Program-made: the position numbers and the translations under genes
The notes under the pieces: model-generated
What the model saw: only the letters and a program-made list of their open reading frames with translations
What the model was told of the DNA's origin: nothing
Database searches by the model: none
Source: a virus
Direction: 5' to 3' (one strand)
Virus genome (UHGV): UHGV-1372088
Length of the DNA: 64,000 nt
Part shown: positions 23,201-29,839 of the stretch, piece after piece
How the letters are laid out: each line of letters opens with the position of its first letter
Position numbering within the stretch: position 1 is the stretch's first letter

Positions 23201-26200
23201 AAATGGGCTGAGTAGCGCTAACAGCGCTCTCTCACTGAAAGCGGACGCGTCGGCACTGTCATCGCTGACAAATACAGTGACCCAACAAGGCAAGGATCTG
23301 GATGCAGCAGAAGCCAATATAACTGCGGCGAACACCAGCATCACCTCCATGCAGGCGTCTCTGACTCGTCGCACTGTATTTACGGTAACGGCGAAAGGCA
23401 ACGGTAACAGCGCTAATCACGGTTTCTTTGATGAGTCAGGTAAAAATCTGTTTACGCCTGGTCGCAGCTATGCGCTGATCACGTTTAAAGCGAATAGCGA
23501 CGGCTCGACGGTCATTAATACCAGCAAAACCTATGACGTTTTTGGCTCTGCCAACAACGGGAAGGCGATGTCTGACGATATTGCGGCTCTGGCTAATGGC
23601 GTTTACGTTTGCGTGATGACTTATGACGAGCCGTCGGGTCAGCGTAACTCGATTGCATCTGCCTTAGAGTTGCTCGGTGGCACAACTGAAGTTATTAACT
23701 CTCTGCCATATCGCGGCGCGTACATTCTCCTTGGCCGTAAAGGCATGAAGGCCGGCGACGGTCTGGAGTTACGCGCACCTACAGGTGGTGACTCCAGCGC
23801 ATTTATTTCCACGTCCGTTGAGTTTGTGAACGGGGTAATGATGGGGTTGGGCGCCGCCGGCGGTGTGATGATGAAGGCGGATGCGAACGCCAGTGCAATC
23901 ACCACTCTGCAAAACACCGTTAAGCAGCAGGGCGACACTATCGCTTCGAGCAGTAGTGCCATCACCTCTCTGCAAAACGACATGAGGACGGTTAATGACA
24001 ATGTCTCTAAAAAGGCAGATGCATCGGCGCTTCAGACTTTGCAGAACACGGTAACGCAGCAGGGTAAAGATATCTCTACCCAAAGCGCGTCGCTGACGCA
24101 GCTCAATAACAGCCTCAGCGCGACGAATGCCAGCATCGATGCGTCGGGCAAGATCCCTGGGAACCTGATCGTCAACTCGTCATTCGAGCGCGATAAAGAT
24201 GGCTACACCGGCTGGAGCTCTATCGCCTCCGTCATCGCAGCGTCGGTGCCACACTCAGGAAGTAAAATCCTCAAGCTGGCTGCCGGCGGATCTGTGTTAG
24301 TCGGGCAGGACGTTACCTATCTGAAGGGTCGCACCTATAAAATCGGCGCATGGGCTAAGCAGGATTCAGGCACCGTTATTCAGGCTGCGGACAACACGAA
24401 GTTCCGTATCGCGGATAGCACAGGTTTGCTGGCTAGTAGTGTTTACGGTCCTTTCACGTCAAACTGGCAGGAGATTAGCTTCACCTGGAGGCCGGGTAAA
24501 GATGTGACAGCGGCGACACAGATCACCGCCTACCTGTCCGCCGGTGCGATGTATTTCGACGACTTCTACGTTATCGACATCACCGACCGCGTCGATCTGG
24601 ATGCCACGGTGTCTGCGGTTTCCGGTCTGACGACGAGAGTGTCCAATGCTGAAGGGAATATTTCTTCCCAATCCGACAGCATCACCACTCTGAACAACGG
24701 TCTTAGCACTCTGAACAAGACGGTCAGCACCAAGGCCGATGCCACGGCGCTGTCTTCACTTCAGAATACCGTGACGCAGCAGGGCAAGGATATTTCGTCG
24801 GCGAGCGGAAGCATCACCAGCCTTCAGAGCAGCCTGAATACGATCAAGGTTCAGAGCAACCCTTGGATTGACGGTACGTTTGAAACCTATGACAACAATC
24901 AGCAGCTGGGCGGCAGCACTGCGATTGTAACGACGGACTTCAAGAACAGCGGCAACAAATGTCTGAAGGTTACTCGCCCAGCCAATACCAGCGGGAATTC
25001 CGACAAGACGATCGGCTCCTATTCTGCGGTGCGCCAGAGCGCGAAATATCGCGTTGAGTTTTGGGCTATGATGCCGGCAAGTGAAGCCCCGCCGTCTGGC
25101 TGGACTGTGGTCGTTGGTCTGCACTCCATCAACAAAGATGGTGGGAATGACTGGCAGGGCATTGCGTTCGACGAGGCTGGTCTTGGCGGTCGCGACCAGT
25201 GGGTTAAGTTTACTGGTGTAGTGAAAGTGAGTCCGAGCGTTACCCGTAGCCATGTATGGATTTCTACTCGTGGTCAGAGTGGCTCCAACACACCTGGATA
25301 CGCGGTGTACATTGATGATTTCGTCATTACCGATATCACTGATGCTGCGGATGCACAGGCTACGGCGGATGCGAACGCAACAGCAATCTCATCGTTGCAG
25401 ACGAAGGTCAGCGATATCGATGGGAAAGTGACTGCCCAAACGTCGCAACTGTCTTCCATGCAGTCGAAGGTAGATGCGTCTTCTTCGAAAGTGGATCAGC
25501 TGTCTAAGACCATTTCGGACAGTCAGAGCACTCAGGCATCGTTGAACACCAGTCTTCAGTCTCAGATTGATGCCCAGGCTTCGGCCAACATCAAAAACCA
25601 GGCTGATCTGAACTCGGCGGCCACGAGCATTGCGACCATTAAGTCTACGCAGTCCACACAGGCTACGCAGCTTAGCGCAATTGCCAAGCAGCAAACCGAT
25701 ATGACGGCATCGCTGGACAATCAGTCGGCATCTATTCAGACGCTTCAGGAGTCTGTCGCGAACAACGATTCTCTGAAGAGCACCTGGATGGTGAAGATGG
25801 AGACGAACAGCGCCGGCCAGAAATATGCAGCGGGTATCGCGCTGGGTGTGGATGGGAAGAGCCAGCAAAGCCAGTTCTTGGTTCAGGCAGATCGCTTCGC
25901 GCTGATTAATACCAGCAACGGCAATACGACGACACCGTTTGTGATCGATAACGGTGTGACGTACATGAATGCCGCTTACATCAAAGATGGGGCGATCACG
26001 AACGCGAAAATTGGTGGTGAGATTAGGTCTGACAACTTCGTAGACGGATCTCAGGGCTGGCGTGTCGGAAAGGATGGTTCTTCTCAGTTCCACAACGTCG
26101 TTGTCCGAGGACATGTTGAGGCCAACAGTGGATCGTTCAGAGGCGCTGTTTATGCTACTGACGGTTGGTTCCAGGGCACCGTATACGCGAACCGTATTGA

Positions 26201-26729
26201 GGGCGACATTGGTTCCTTCGCCATCAACATCGCACAGCACCGCACGCGTAAAGTGCCGAAGGCGACATGGCAATGGTTCGAGCTGGCCAGATTCCGTCGC
26301 CAGAGCTTCGACCAGGTGATCAACATTCGCGGCGGTCTATTGCAGACCGACAGCATCACCATCGACGGCGGCGCGAAACTCCGGGCGGGTATGTCGTATT
26401 CTTCCGGCGCAGATGGAGGCCTTAATCCAGGATTCCTGTCACACGCCATGTTGTTGCGTGCCACTGGCGCAACTTCTGGCGGCGGCAGCATGGAGATCGG
26501 CATTGAGCTTATGTACGAAACAGGTGGGTGGGACCGCCTGCTGACGGCACAAGGGGAGATGAACGTCGACAATATGTCGTTTGTTGTTCCAGCTGGCAGT
26601 GGGGATGCAGTTCTTCGTTATGGTTGTTATCTTGACCGTAACGGGCAAATGGTATTAACCATCCTTTCACGATTCGACGCTTTTTCGGCGCGGAATAACA
26701 ATGTAATTCGTGGATCGTCCACACCGTAA
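11217..26729 (+). CDS. giant central tail fibre / host specificity protein (lambda J-like N- and C-termini with about 10 inserted beta-sandwich + repeat-stalk modules)
   Basis: Uninterrupted 15.5-kb ORF (5170 aa); N-terminus resembles lambda gpJ; dozens of about 35-aa repeats (ADASALQTLQNTVTQQGKDI...SLNNSL.TTN.NVAKK); about 10 beta-rich domains each ending ..DDF.ViTDvTDA; C-terminus ADRFALINTS... J-like. Confidence 0.85.
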   Translation: MEQFKKRKLPEIIAGAGGKKSSGSSRTPVEADDTVNSNVKVSILDLLGEGVIGGLKDGAKSIFLNDLPLQNSDDTYNHSGVTWWFRDGSQDQSIIEGFDYTETPKTIGLQVKKTSAVTMAVDSDSADRFRVILKFPSLKSVDKKTGDTSGTSVTYKFQVSSAGGAFVDVAPEGESSGTVTLTAKKAGVYYRSYILNLPKPGSKYQVRVVRVTDDNKDTTYLANDIYVDTVGEIINTNMNYPNSALVGLRVNSEQFGSSMPSRSYLISGMKIRVPSNYDEVTNEYRGTWDGSFKLMSSSNPAWILYDLVTNKRYGLGEFVRESMFDLGQLYQIGRYCDALVDDGFGGKEKRFAINTQITTLQDAYRCVQDIAGAFRGMVYWAGGMVHVTQDSPSDPIAIYSNSNVIDGRFSYKGSARKDRPSVALITYNNKEDNYKQNIEYVEDLEAIERYGIRKTESVAFGCTSRGMAHRVGLWTLYTGRMESDVITFQTGMDSAFLVPGDVILIHDKFRAGRRNSGRVVASTANSITLDSTVDMTKAGTITFINAEGRMISRDILESGVVSKVTFKDAVNEADRPVADGIWVISQSDLKPLQARVVGVTQGEDGVGSTITCIQNNPSKYAAIDDGAVLIPQNTTVLDPTFSKPENLKITEGTYLSSPGNLNVSLTATWEGKSAEYWVSWRRSDAGNVSNWQTAKVNEEQFEVKPVAESGKYDFQVYGVSVSGRKTEILSTTYQVLGTMTPPGAPSSLTAVGDYRQIILGWSNPSSVDLDHIQIYASKTNDVTKATLLAKSTTTNFTHSGLEDSVTWYYWIRSANKRGMTSDWSSKLGTSAMTRDVLSFLQNKITESELAKDLLADIDSKAVAAEVDASIEDAKSEATAQVEAAKKEASSALSAAQVTLNNAINQEATDRNNAVADEAKQRSQAISAEADARTKAISDEAIARADAITKESDTRTRAMADEVTARNKAVADEAAARTKAVSDEAVARAKAVSDEVAARTKAVADEATARAKAISDEAAARATAISDSVAVEATARAKAIADSASSLSDKIEKEVTDRVKAVSDLDTKTANAISSESSSRIAAISDEAKTRADAILQEKNSRQAEIKNVSAQMQTANESLAQQISQVAAGTGEQFDSLKIWYFDAQTTEGWSGNKSAILSADGWIRSGNGVDAWLTSPAGLAIAGASYRFMKMRIRKVGNPVWEGAIRWITKSGDSFNNTNFITVSEPEYNAQGVATLTASDIKWNNDTVHQIRLDLSISTDDSNYIEVDWIAVGRPTPGAGMAALQDEKTARTNADAAEAASRSTLATQLRGSYDGTDITKLSSGLIFQEQQARVTADKVEATARQSLETKVNDSVSSINKSLDTLNTKDQAMASDITGLKSSLDDKADASAVQTLKATVEQQGSNISTQGQSITKLQGDLNTTNTNVGKKADQTAMTALQGTVTQQGKDIAAANSSISTLKSSLDTTNDAVAKKADATAVSDLSSRVSATEGSVSSQGDSIVQLNNSLSNALADSDASAKTPNNLIVNPSFERGMDGYIGASSLSTVVTVQIPHVGTKALKIDPGSSVSPGQYIDFVKGRTYEIGVWVKQVSGTTDNGQGNNKLRVGNSAGAPVFEVPFANLTIDWTKVSKRWKATETGSLPVTLSNYLTAGNRYFDDFYVIDVTDAVNIDASASAISSLQSTVTQQGKDISSQSTSIAGLNNSLNTTNENVAKKADSSAVQTLQNTVTQQGKDISAANSDITNLKGSLDATNDKVATKADASAMSDLASRVSQNEKGIATQSDSLTKLSNKVSSIDVGGVNLITNGDMSAAPVSLLSTTTSFKSFDRTVTADVRGMSVVTPRSITLSVWFKELSSGFGTTKPFTSVVIGKSAAGDNWGVRFYASNGSVSQKGDMFVWTGTINLKAGDTLFNDPTTIRFILEDKTQKTGAIFYRVKLENGNIATDWSASPDEVKSGLDANASALNALTTRVASTEGNVESQGNSITSLKNDLATTNANVSKKADSSAVATIQSTVTQQGKDIASSASDISSLKNSLATTDSNVAKKADASALQTLQNTVTQQGKDLTSVGNRATALENSLKTTNDNVATKADASALSTLQNTVSQHGDSIASQSDSITSLKNSVGSLVNMGDNLVQDSSFDNGGQTFRTQQNSGTSGSIVAFGAFGENSAGVRMVKVNGTSPGLFANGKLPVPVNGARKYRYIVRAKGVSGAMNMLLRRWNFNGNTEGAYEDKNNTLTTDWQTITWDTSFSPKDGVDGQSFGIYCHPNNGEIWIDSFQVFDITDATNNETTASALSNLSTTVSRQGETVTSQGTAITKLQNDLSSTKTDLAKKADASALQTLQSTVTDQGKTLTSQGDAITALNNTVNTVKGDVAKKADSSALQNLQSTVTQQGKDISTNASNITALTGNLATTNAAVATKADASALNNLTTRVTQNEKNISSQSDAVTKLSNTVSNIAVGSANLIPNSGTMEGWSDVISDTYRGNKVFSFTRKANSSSYVQSNEIVLAGPVDSDSYVYSFWAKAAKDGTVINAYFYNPSNTTGSETSQGVKGSSSDGSAAITLTTSWARYWVKWTHSPTTGTKRFIPARLNNSSTADQTVFISSPQLETGNVVTDWKAADSDFASASALSTLTSRVTSDEGVISSQGSAIADLKNSLATTNSTVATKADASALSSLQNTVTKQGTDLKSASDSITTLKNSIAATDANVAKKADASALQTLQSTVSTQGDKIASQGNSITSLGNSLDTVKGDVAKKADTTALNNLSTRVSNAEDKISSSSDAITSLNSSLNQQSKRGANILPDGTFESYSSGYNITNGRVIVTADDSHGGNKCIRVTRPNDYTNYTDNSDNHIFSGFQVRDNAVFYVECWVKLDAKSTTMDGSVQIAVGMSLQYQDNSWQWPALIKSAKDLSADTWTKVSGYLKSSKSGIKQAMVRISIPNVSTVKAGNSFLVDDFVITDVTDAYNAQQTADATASAVSTLQTTVSRQGDSITSQGDSITTLNNGLATANKAIGTKADASALSSLQNTVTQQGEDVAANTNNITALSNQVVNGKQDTWARRIYKCQLANAGTEPTFSDIQGLSPVFMDEVADAARMDFSGAGSYVVAHYKAMVRVAADTTISVSPGSRVFDDSGAVYVNGVRQAAALSGTAVLNFTLSAGWNTVEFLVNQWTGNAYVNLGFKLGDKVAELYSGLGVSSLSSALNSISSNVSKVGDQVSSNSTAITSLKNGLSDTNSTVAKKADASALQTLQNTVTQQGKDIASQSDSVTNLSNALSNVSIGGVNLIKNSGDMAGWSGKTNEIFRGNAVISATTKAGSSYRDLKEITLDAPVDNAEYVYSFFAKGGENGQSMTAYFYNPNSTISSVSSQGVSGGDVDGRMSFTLTTEWVRYWVKWKQKPGTGSKRLILARIQASSTKDQTVSITSPKLEVGNMPTEWSPAPSDMASSNDLSSLKTTVDANSGAIQSVTSRVQKTEDNISTQNTAITKLQGDLSTTNNLFSTKADSTALQTLSGRVDKTESSISTQNDAITKLNSSLDTTNKAVAKKAEQSSLDTLSGRVSSTENGITAANSSITSLNAAIRAENASSGDLITNPTFDPQYAQMGFTVVTTDTDGVPANCPFRYAAKLASRDHHPNFNAIVATLGDVFEISVLVACGAGNADFNLYLCTANGPTGGIGAPLYNGGNTKATSTWTRVTWKFTVSQAMVDKGYIRPFLQINQSSPFGTIWYVTDWHMRNITAASKAQDTANATSKAVDSLTSTVNQQGSDISSIGSRTTSLENGLSTTNANVSKKADSSALQTLQNSVTQQGNDISGQGSRVTSLENNLTAGANLIPNPAMLNGAQGWGGSETTVDGYAAVVSSSGWGPSSSYFQVTPGDIIDLSLMSQSAGAASISWGLRFDGPGLSNFCLYAPALTFAAGEKKSVSAAITVPAGATKAMFQASARATSARTVYNIIATRRDAGTKANSSAIDTLNSTVKTQGDTLSSIGSRTTSLENGLSSANSALSLKADASALSSLTNTVTQQGKDLDAAEANITAANTSITSMQASLTRRTVFTVTAKGNGNSANHGFFDESGKNLFTPGRSYALITFKANSDGSTVINTSKTYDVFGSANNGKAMSDDIAALANGVYVCVMTYDEPSGQRNSIASALELLGGTTEVINSLPYRGAYILLGRKGMKAGDGLELRAPTGGDSSAFISTSVEFVNGVMMGLGAAGGVMMKADANASAITTLQNTVKQQGDTIASSSSAITSLQNDMRTVNDNVSKKADASALQTLQNTVTQQGKDISTQSASLTQLNNSLSATNASIDASGKIPGNLIVNSSFERDKDGYTGWSSIASVIAASVPHSGSKILKLAAGGSVLVGQDVTYLKGRTYKIGAWAKQDSGTVIQAADNTKFRIADSTGLLASSVYGPFTSNWQEISFTWRPGKDVTAATQITAYLSAGAMYFDDFYVIDITDRVDLDATVSAVSGLTTRVSNAEGNISSQSDSITTLNNGLSTLNKTVSTKADATALSSLQNTVTQQGKDISSASGSITSLQSSLNTIKVQSNPWIDGTFETYDNNQQLGGSTAIVTTDFKNSGNKCLKVTRPANTSGNSDKTIGSYSAVRQSAKYRVEFWAMMPASEAPPSGWTVVVGLHSINKDGGNDWQGIAFDEAGLGGRDQWVKFTGVVKVSPSVTRSHVWISTRGQSGSNTPGYAVYIDDFVITDITDAADAQATADANATAISSLQTKVSDIDGKVTAQTSQLSSMQSKVDASSSKVDQLSKTISDSQSTQASLNTSLQSQIDAQASANIKNQADLNSAATSIATIKSTQSTQATQLSAIAKQQTDMTASLDNQSASIQTLQESVANNDSLKSTWMVKMETNSAGQKYAAGIALGVDGKSQQSQFLVQADRFALINTSNGNTTTPFVIDNGVTYMNAAYIKDGAITNAKIGGEIRSDNFVDGSQGWRVGKDGSSQFHNVVVRGHVEANSGSFRGAVYATDGWFQGTVYANRIEGDIGSFAINIAQHRTRKVPKATWQWFELARFRRQSFDQVINIRGGLLQTDSITIDGGAKLRAGMSYSSGADGGLNPGFLSHAMLLRATGATSGGGSMEIGIELMYETGGWDRLLTAQGEMNVDNMSFVVPAGSGDAVLRYGCYLDRNGQMVLTILSRFDAFSARNNNVIRGSSTP

Positions 26730-26732
26730 CAT

Positions 26733-26757
26733 GGCGCCCCGGAAGGGCGCCCTTTAT
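26733..26757 (+). terminator. hairpin terminator after J-like gene
   Basis: GGCGCCCCGGAAGGGCGCC hairpin then CTTTAT. Confidence 0.45.
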
Positions 26758-26782
26758 ACCGAATTAACTAAAGGAAGAGATA

Positions 26783-28288
26783 ATGAGTATGTACGAAGTT
26801 GGCACCGTAGCGGGTGCCGCAAATCAGGCGAAAGTGACTGGTACGACGACGAAATGGTCCAATGCCGCGCTGGGTGTCCAGCAAGGTTCTATTCTGGTTG
26901 TTTACAGGAGCGGCAATGCAGATCTGTATGCGATCAAGTCTGTCGATAGCGACACACAGTTAACGCTGTCCAGAAATATCACTGTCGCTTTCTCTGGCGC
27001 GTCGTATGGCATTATTACGTCAGAGACAGCCAGCACGTCAGCTTTTGCCAATCAGCTCGCCAGCGCGTTCTCCCTTTGGCGTAGCGTCGTCGAAGGATGG
27101 TCTGCTGCGCTGACGTCGACGGGCAACATTACGATGACAGATCCCATCACAGGAGTGTCAGTTACGGTCCCTGCCATTAATGGCATGGCCAGGATTGCCG
27201 GCGGCAACAACTTAACCGGAACGCAGAGCCTCGACAGCGACGACTCCGGTTTTATCCTCGGAAAAAATGGCGACATAGGTCTTATCAAGAAAAGCGGAAC
27301 CTATGGGAAGGTTATGGTGGGAAAATCGTCTCGATTCTCAGTCGTTCGAAGCGACAAAGACCGGATATCGGCAACTGACGAACAGACTGAAATTTTTGGC
27401 GTTGAAGCTAACGGTGACGTCAAAGTCGCGAACTCACTTTATGCTAAAGGTGTTCTACAAAGTGATTATCAGGTTAAAGCGCAAAGTATCGAGCTTTCCT
27501 ATACAACACCGTATATCGACTTCCATTATGGGAATAGCACGGCAGACTATACTCACCGAATTATTGCGGATGACCCGGTCGCATTAGGGTTCGAGTGCAG
27601 TCTTCGAGTTGCCAAAAATATTCGCGCGCAGGAGGGTATCAAAGCCGATTTATATGTGCGTGCCGCCAGTCGTGCCGGCATCATAGCGCAATATGACAGT
27701 GACCCCGGCGGAAATATCGGTGATCTTCGAGTTGCCCCAATCGTATGCAGTCAATTCGCAACTGTAGGCGCTGATGGAAACGGGAACGCTGGCGCGAATT
27801 TTTGGTTTGAGGAACACATAGGTTACAACCACCGTCTGGTAACTCAGGTCAAGGGATATGGTGCGGCGGTTCAGTATTGGCATCATCGCAGCGATGGGAT
27901 GATTTGGAATAGTCAACGTGGGGATGTGGCATGGGCTGCAACCTCTGATAAAAATCTCAAGCATGATATTAAGCCCACAGACGGTCGACAGTCTCTGGAT
28001 AACATCAACGCTATGGACCTCGTTACGTTTGTTTATAACGATGACGAAAAAGGCAGAACGAGACGTGGCGTGATAGCGCAGCAACTTCAGGAGATTGACC
28101 CATGCTATGTGAAGGTTAGTCGTGGCGAAATACTCAAAGATGAAACTGAAGACGGCACGGGGACTCCGGTTGTTGTTGAGAAGCTCGTTCTGGACACCAA
28201 CCCTCTCTTGATGGATGCACTGAGTGCCATTCAGGTTTTGTCGAGAGAGATTGAATCCCTAAAAGCTGAGTTAGCCTTGCGCTCTTAG
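26783..28288 (+). CDS. side tail fibre with C-terminal intramolecular chaperone (peptidase S74) domain
   Basis: 501 aa; C-terminal SDKNLKHDIKP...GVIAQQLQEIDP...LSREIESLKAELAL matches the autoproteolytic chaperone domain of T5 pb1 / endosialidase-type fibres. Confidence 0.65.
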   Translation: MSMYEVGTVAGAANQAKVTGTTTKWSNAALGVQQGSILVVYRSGNADLYAIKSVDSDTQLTLSRNITVAFSGASYGIITSETASTSAFANQLASAFSLWRSVVEGWSAALTSTGNITMTDPITGVSVTVPAINGMARIAGGNNLTGTQSLDSDDSGFILGKNGDIGLIKKSGTYGKVMVGKSSRFSVVRSDKDRISATDEQTEIFGVEANGDVKVANSLYAKGVLQSDYQVKAQSIELSYTTPYIDFHYGNSTADYTHRIIADDPVALGFECSLRVAKNIRAQEGIKADLYVRAASRAGIIAQYDSDPGGNIGDLRVAPIVCSQFATVGADGNGNAGANFWFEEHIGYNHRLVTQVKGYGAAVQYWHHRSDGMIWNSQRGDVAWAATSDKNLKHDIKPTDGRQSLDNINAMDLVTFVYNDDEKGRTRRGVIAQQLQEIDPCYVKVSRGEILKDETEDGTGTPVVVEKLVLDTNPLLMDALSAIQVLSREIESLKAELALRS

Positions 28289-28375
28289 GTTGCGATGATA
28301 TGTAAGTGTATACATACTAGCCTAGTGCGGCTATCATACAGGCTGGAATCGGTTTGACAGACATGGAGGACGAAA

Positions 28376-28690
28376 ATGTCAAACGAAATGCACGGTGTGA
28401 GCCGCACGGAAGTGGAGCGCATTGCGCAAATTGTCGCACGAGAGGTCTTGCAGGGCTTGCGCGACGAGGTTGGGGAAGAGGTCGATAAGCGTCTTAAGGC
28501 TTATCTCGGAGACATGACGTCGACGCAGCACAGCATTCAACACGCGAATCTGGACAAGCTGCTCAACCGAATGGACGCCATCTCAAGCGGATTTTTCGGT
28601 GGGGTCGTTTCGAAGGTGACGTCTTTCCTGATCACAGCATTGCTGCTGGGGCTTGCAGCATACGGCGTTAAAAGTGGAATTGGACAGTAA
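28376..28690 (+). CDS. membrane protein, possible holin/antiholin
   Basis: 104 aa with a single C-terminal TM helix (VTSFLITALLLGLAAYGV); first gene of putative lysis cassette. Confidence 0.35.
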   Translation: MSNEMHGVSRTEVERIAQIVAREVLQGLRDEVGEEVDKRLKAYLGDMTSTQHSIQHANLDKLLNRMDAISSGFFGGVVSKVTSFLITALLLGLAAYGVKSGIGQ

Positions 28691-28700
28691 GGGGAAAAGG

Positions 28701-29390
28701 ATGACTCCAAGAGGTATTCGTAACAACAACCCAGGCAATCTGGATAACACGAACCCGTGGCAAGGTCTTGTGGCCAACAAGAACGAATCGCGGTTCGCAA
28801 CATTCAAGGATGCGACATGGGGGATTCGTGCATTGGCGGTCACGCTGATCACTTATCACGACAAGCGCAAAGCGAAAGACGGCTCTCGAATCGACACGAT
28901 CCGCGAAGTTGTCGAGCGCTGGGCGCCACCGTCCGAAAACGACACCACGGCCTACGTTAAGGCGGTGTCCAAGGCGGTTGGCGTGTCGCCAGATATGGAA
29001 ATCGATTTGCACCAGTACCAGATTCTGAAGCCTACCGTCGAGGCGATTATTCGTCACGAGAACGGGCAGGGTCCGCTGAAGACGGCAAATACGTGGTATT
29101 CCGACGACGTCATCGACGAAGGTTTACGCCGTGCCGGTGTTGTGAAGCCGACCAAGGCAGTGAAGTCCATCCCTGTTACCAAGGAGACGGCCGGCGCTTC
29201 ATTGACCGCCTCTCTCGGTATTGCGCAGCTGGCGCAGATTGCACCGCAGATCAACGATGCAATGAACAAGGCGCAGGACAACATTTCCAGCGGTGATTGG
29301 GTGCGCATTGGGTTTGGTGTCGCGACGATCGTGATTGCCGGCTTCATTGCCTGGTCGCAGGTTCGCAAGTATCAGAAAGGGACAATCTGA
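28701..29390 (+). CDS. putative muralytic/endolysin-like protein with C-terminal membrane anchor
   Basis: 229 aa; N-terminal GIRNNNPGNL motif; C-terminal TM helix WVRIGFGVATIVIAGFIAW; lies between membrane protein and spanins. Confidence 0.35.
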   Translation: MTPRGIRNNNPGNLDNTNPWQGLVANKNESRFATFKDATWGIRALAVTLITYHDKRKAKDGSRIDTIREVVERWAPPSENDTTAYVKAVSKAVGVSPDMEIDLHQYQILKPTVEAIIRHENGQGPLKTANTWYSDDVIDEGLRRAGVVKPTKAVKSIPVTKETAGASLTASLGIAQLAQIAPQINDAMNKAQDNISSGDWVRIGFGVATIVIAGFIAWSQVRKYQKGTI

Positions 29391-29647
29391 TGGGTGTAGT
29401 AGTCGCTTTGATTAGTAAGTTCAAAGTGGCGCTGGCGACGGCTTCGGCCGTCGTTTTAGTGCTTTTCGGCGCTTACATGTTAGGTGGTCGCTATGCTCGG
29501 CGAGCGGTCGAAATTAAAGAGATCCGCGAAGAAGGTCTTCGCAATAAGAAAATCGTAGAGGCAAAGGTTGAAACATCAAAGCAAGTTGCAAGTCGGTCTG
29601 ATGATGCCGTGCATTCTGAGCTTCAGTCTGATTGGATGCGCGATTAA
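29390..29647 (+). CDS. i-spanin (Rz-like)
   Basis: N-terminal TM helix then charged coiled-coil region; start overlaps previous stop (TGATG). Confidence 0.5.
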   Translation: MGVVVALISKFKVALATASAVVLVLFGAYMLGGRYARRAVEIKEIREEGLRNKKIVEAKVETSKQVASRSDDAVHSELQSDWMRD

Positions 29648-29801
29648 AAAGCCGGTCACAATAGGCTTTTGTGACGTGTCGGCACCAATATACGCAAGTC
29701 GATCCGATCTCATGACGCCGGAAACGGAGCGTCAGATCCTCGAACATAATTTACTAGGTAAGAGACTGTGTGCTTGGGGAAAAAAGAAATCCGTTGATTG
29801 A
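29568..29801 (+). CDS. o-spanin (Rz1-like) lipoprotein in +1 frame overlapping i-spanin
   Basis: Signal peptide with lipobox SLIGC; gene begins inside i-spanin gene in a different frame (Rz/Rz1 architecture). Confidence 0.5.
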   Translation: MKHQSKLQVGLMMPCILSFSLIGCAIKKPVTIGFCDVSAPIYASRSDLMTPETERQILEHNLLGKRLCAWGKKKSVD

Positions 29802-29806
29802 TGGCT

Positions 29807-29839
29807 GAGCGCCCGCATTTAGAGGCGCTCGTTTTTTTT
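29807..29839 (+). terminator. rho-independent terminator after lysis cassette
   Basis: GAGCGCCCGCATTTAGAGGCGCTC hairpin followed by T9. Confidence 0.7.

Noticed and set aside
25389-26273. 294-aa minus-strand ORF and many other 60-200-aa antisense or alternative-frame ORFs inside the J-like gene (e.g. 15771..16394 -, 16196..16813 -, 13951..14739 +)
   Set aside because: All lie within the continuous 15.5-kb ORF whose frame shows coherent repeats and domains; alternative frames are repeat-induced artefacts
28653-28700. Longer start (28653) for the muralytic candidate given in the ORF track
   Set aside because: Would overlap the upstream gene by 38 nt with no RBS; ATG 28701 has a GGGGAAAAGG RBS at correct spacing
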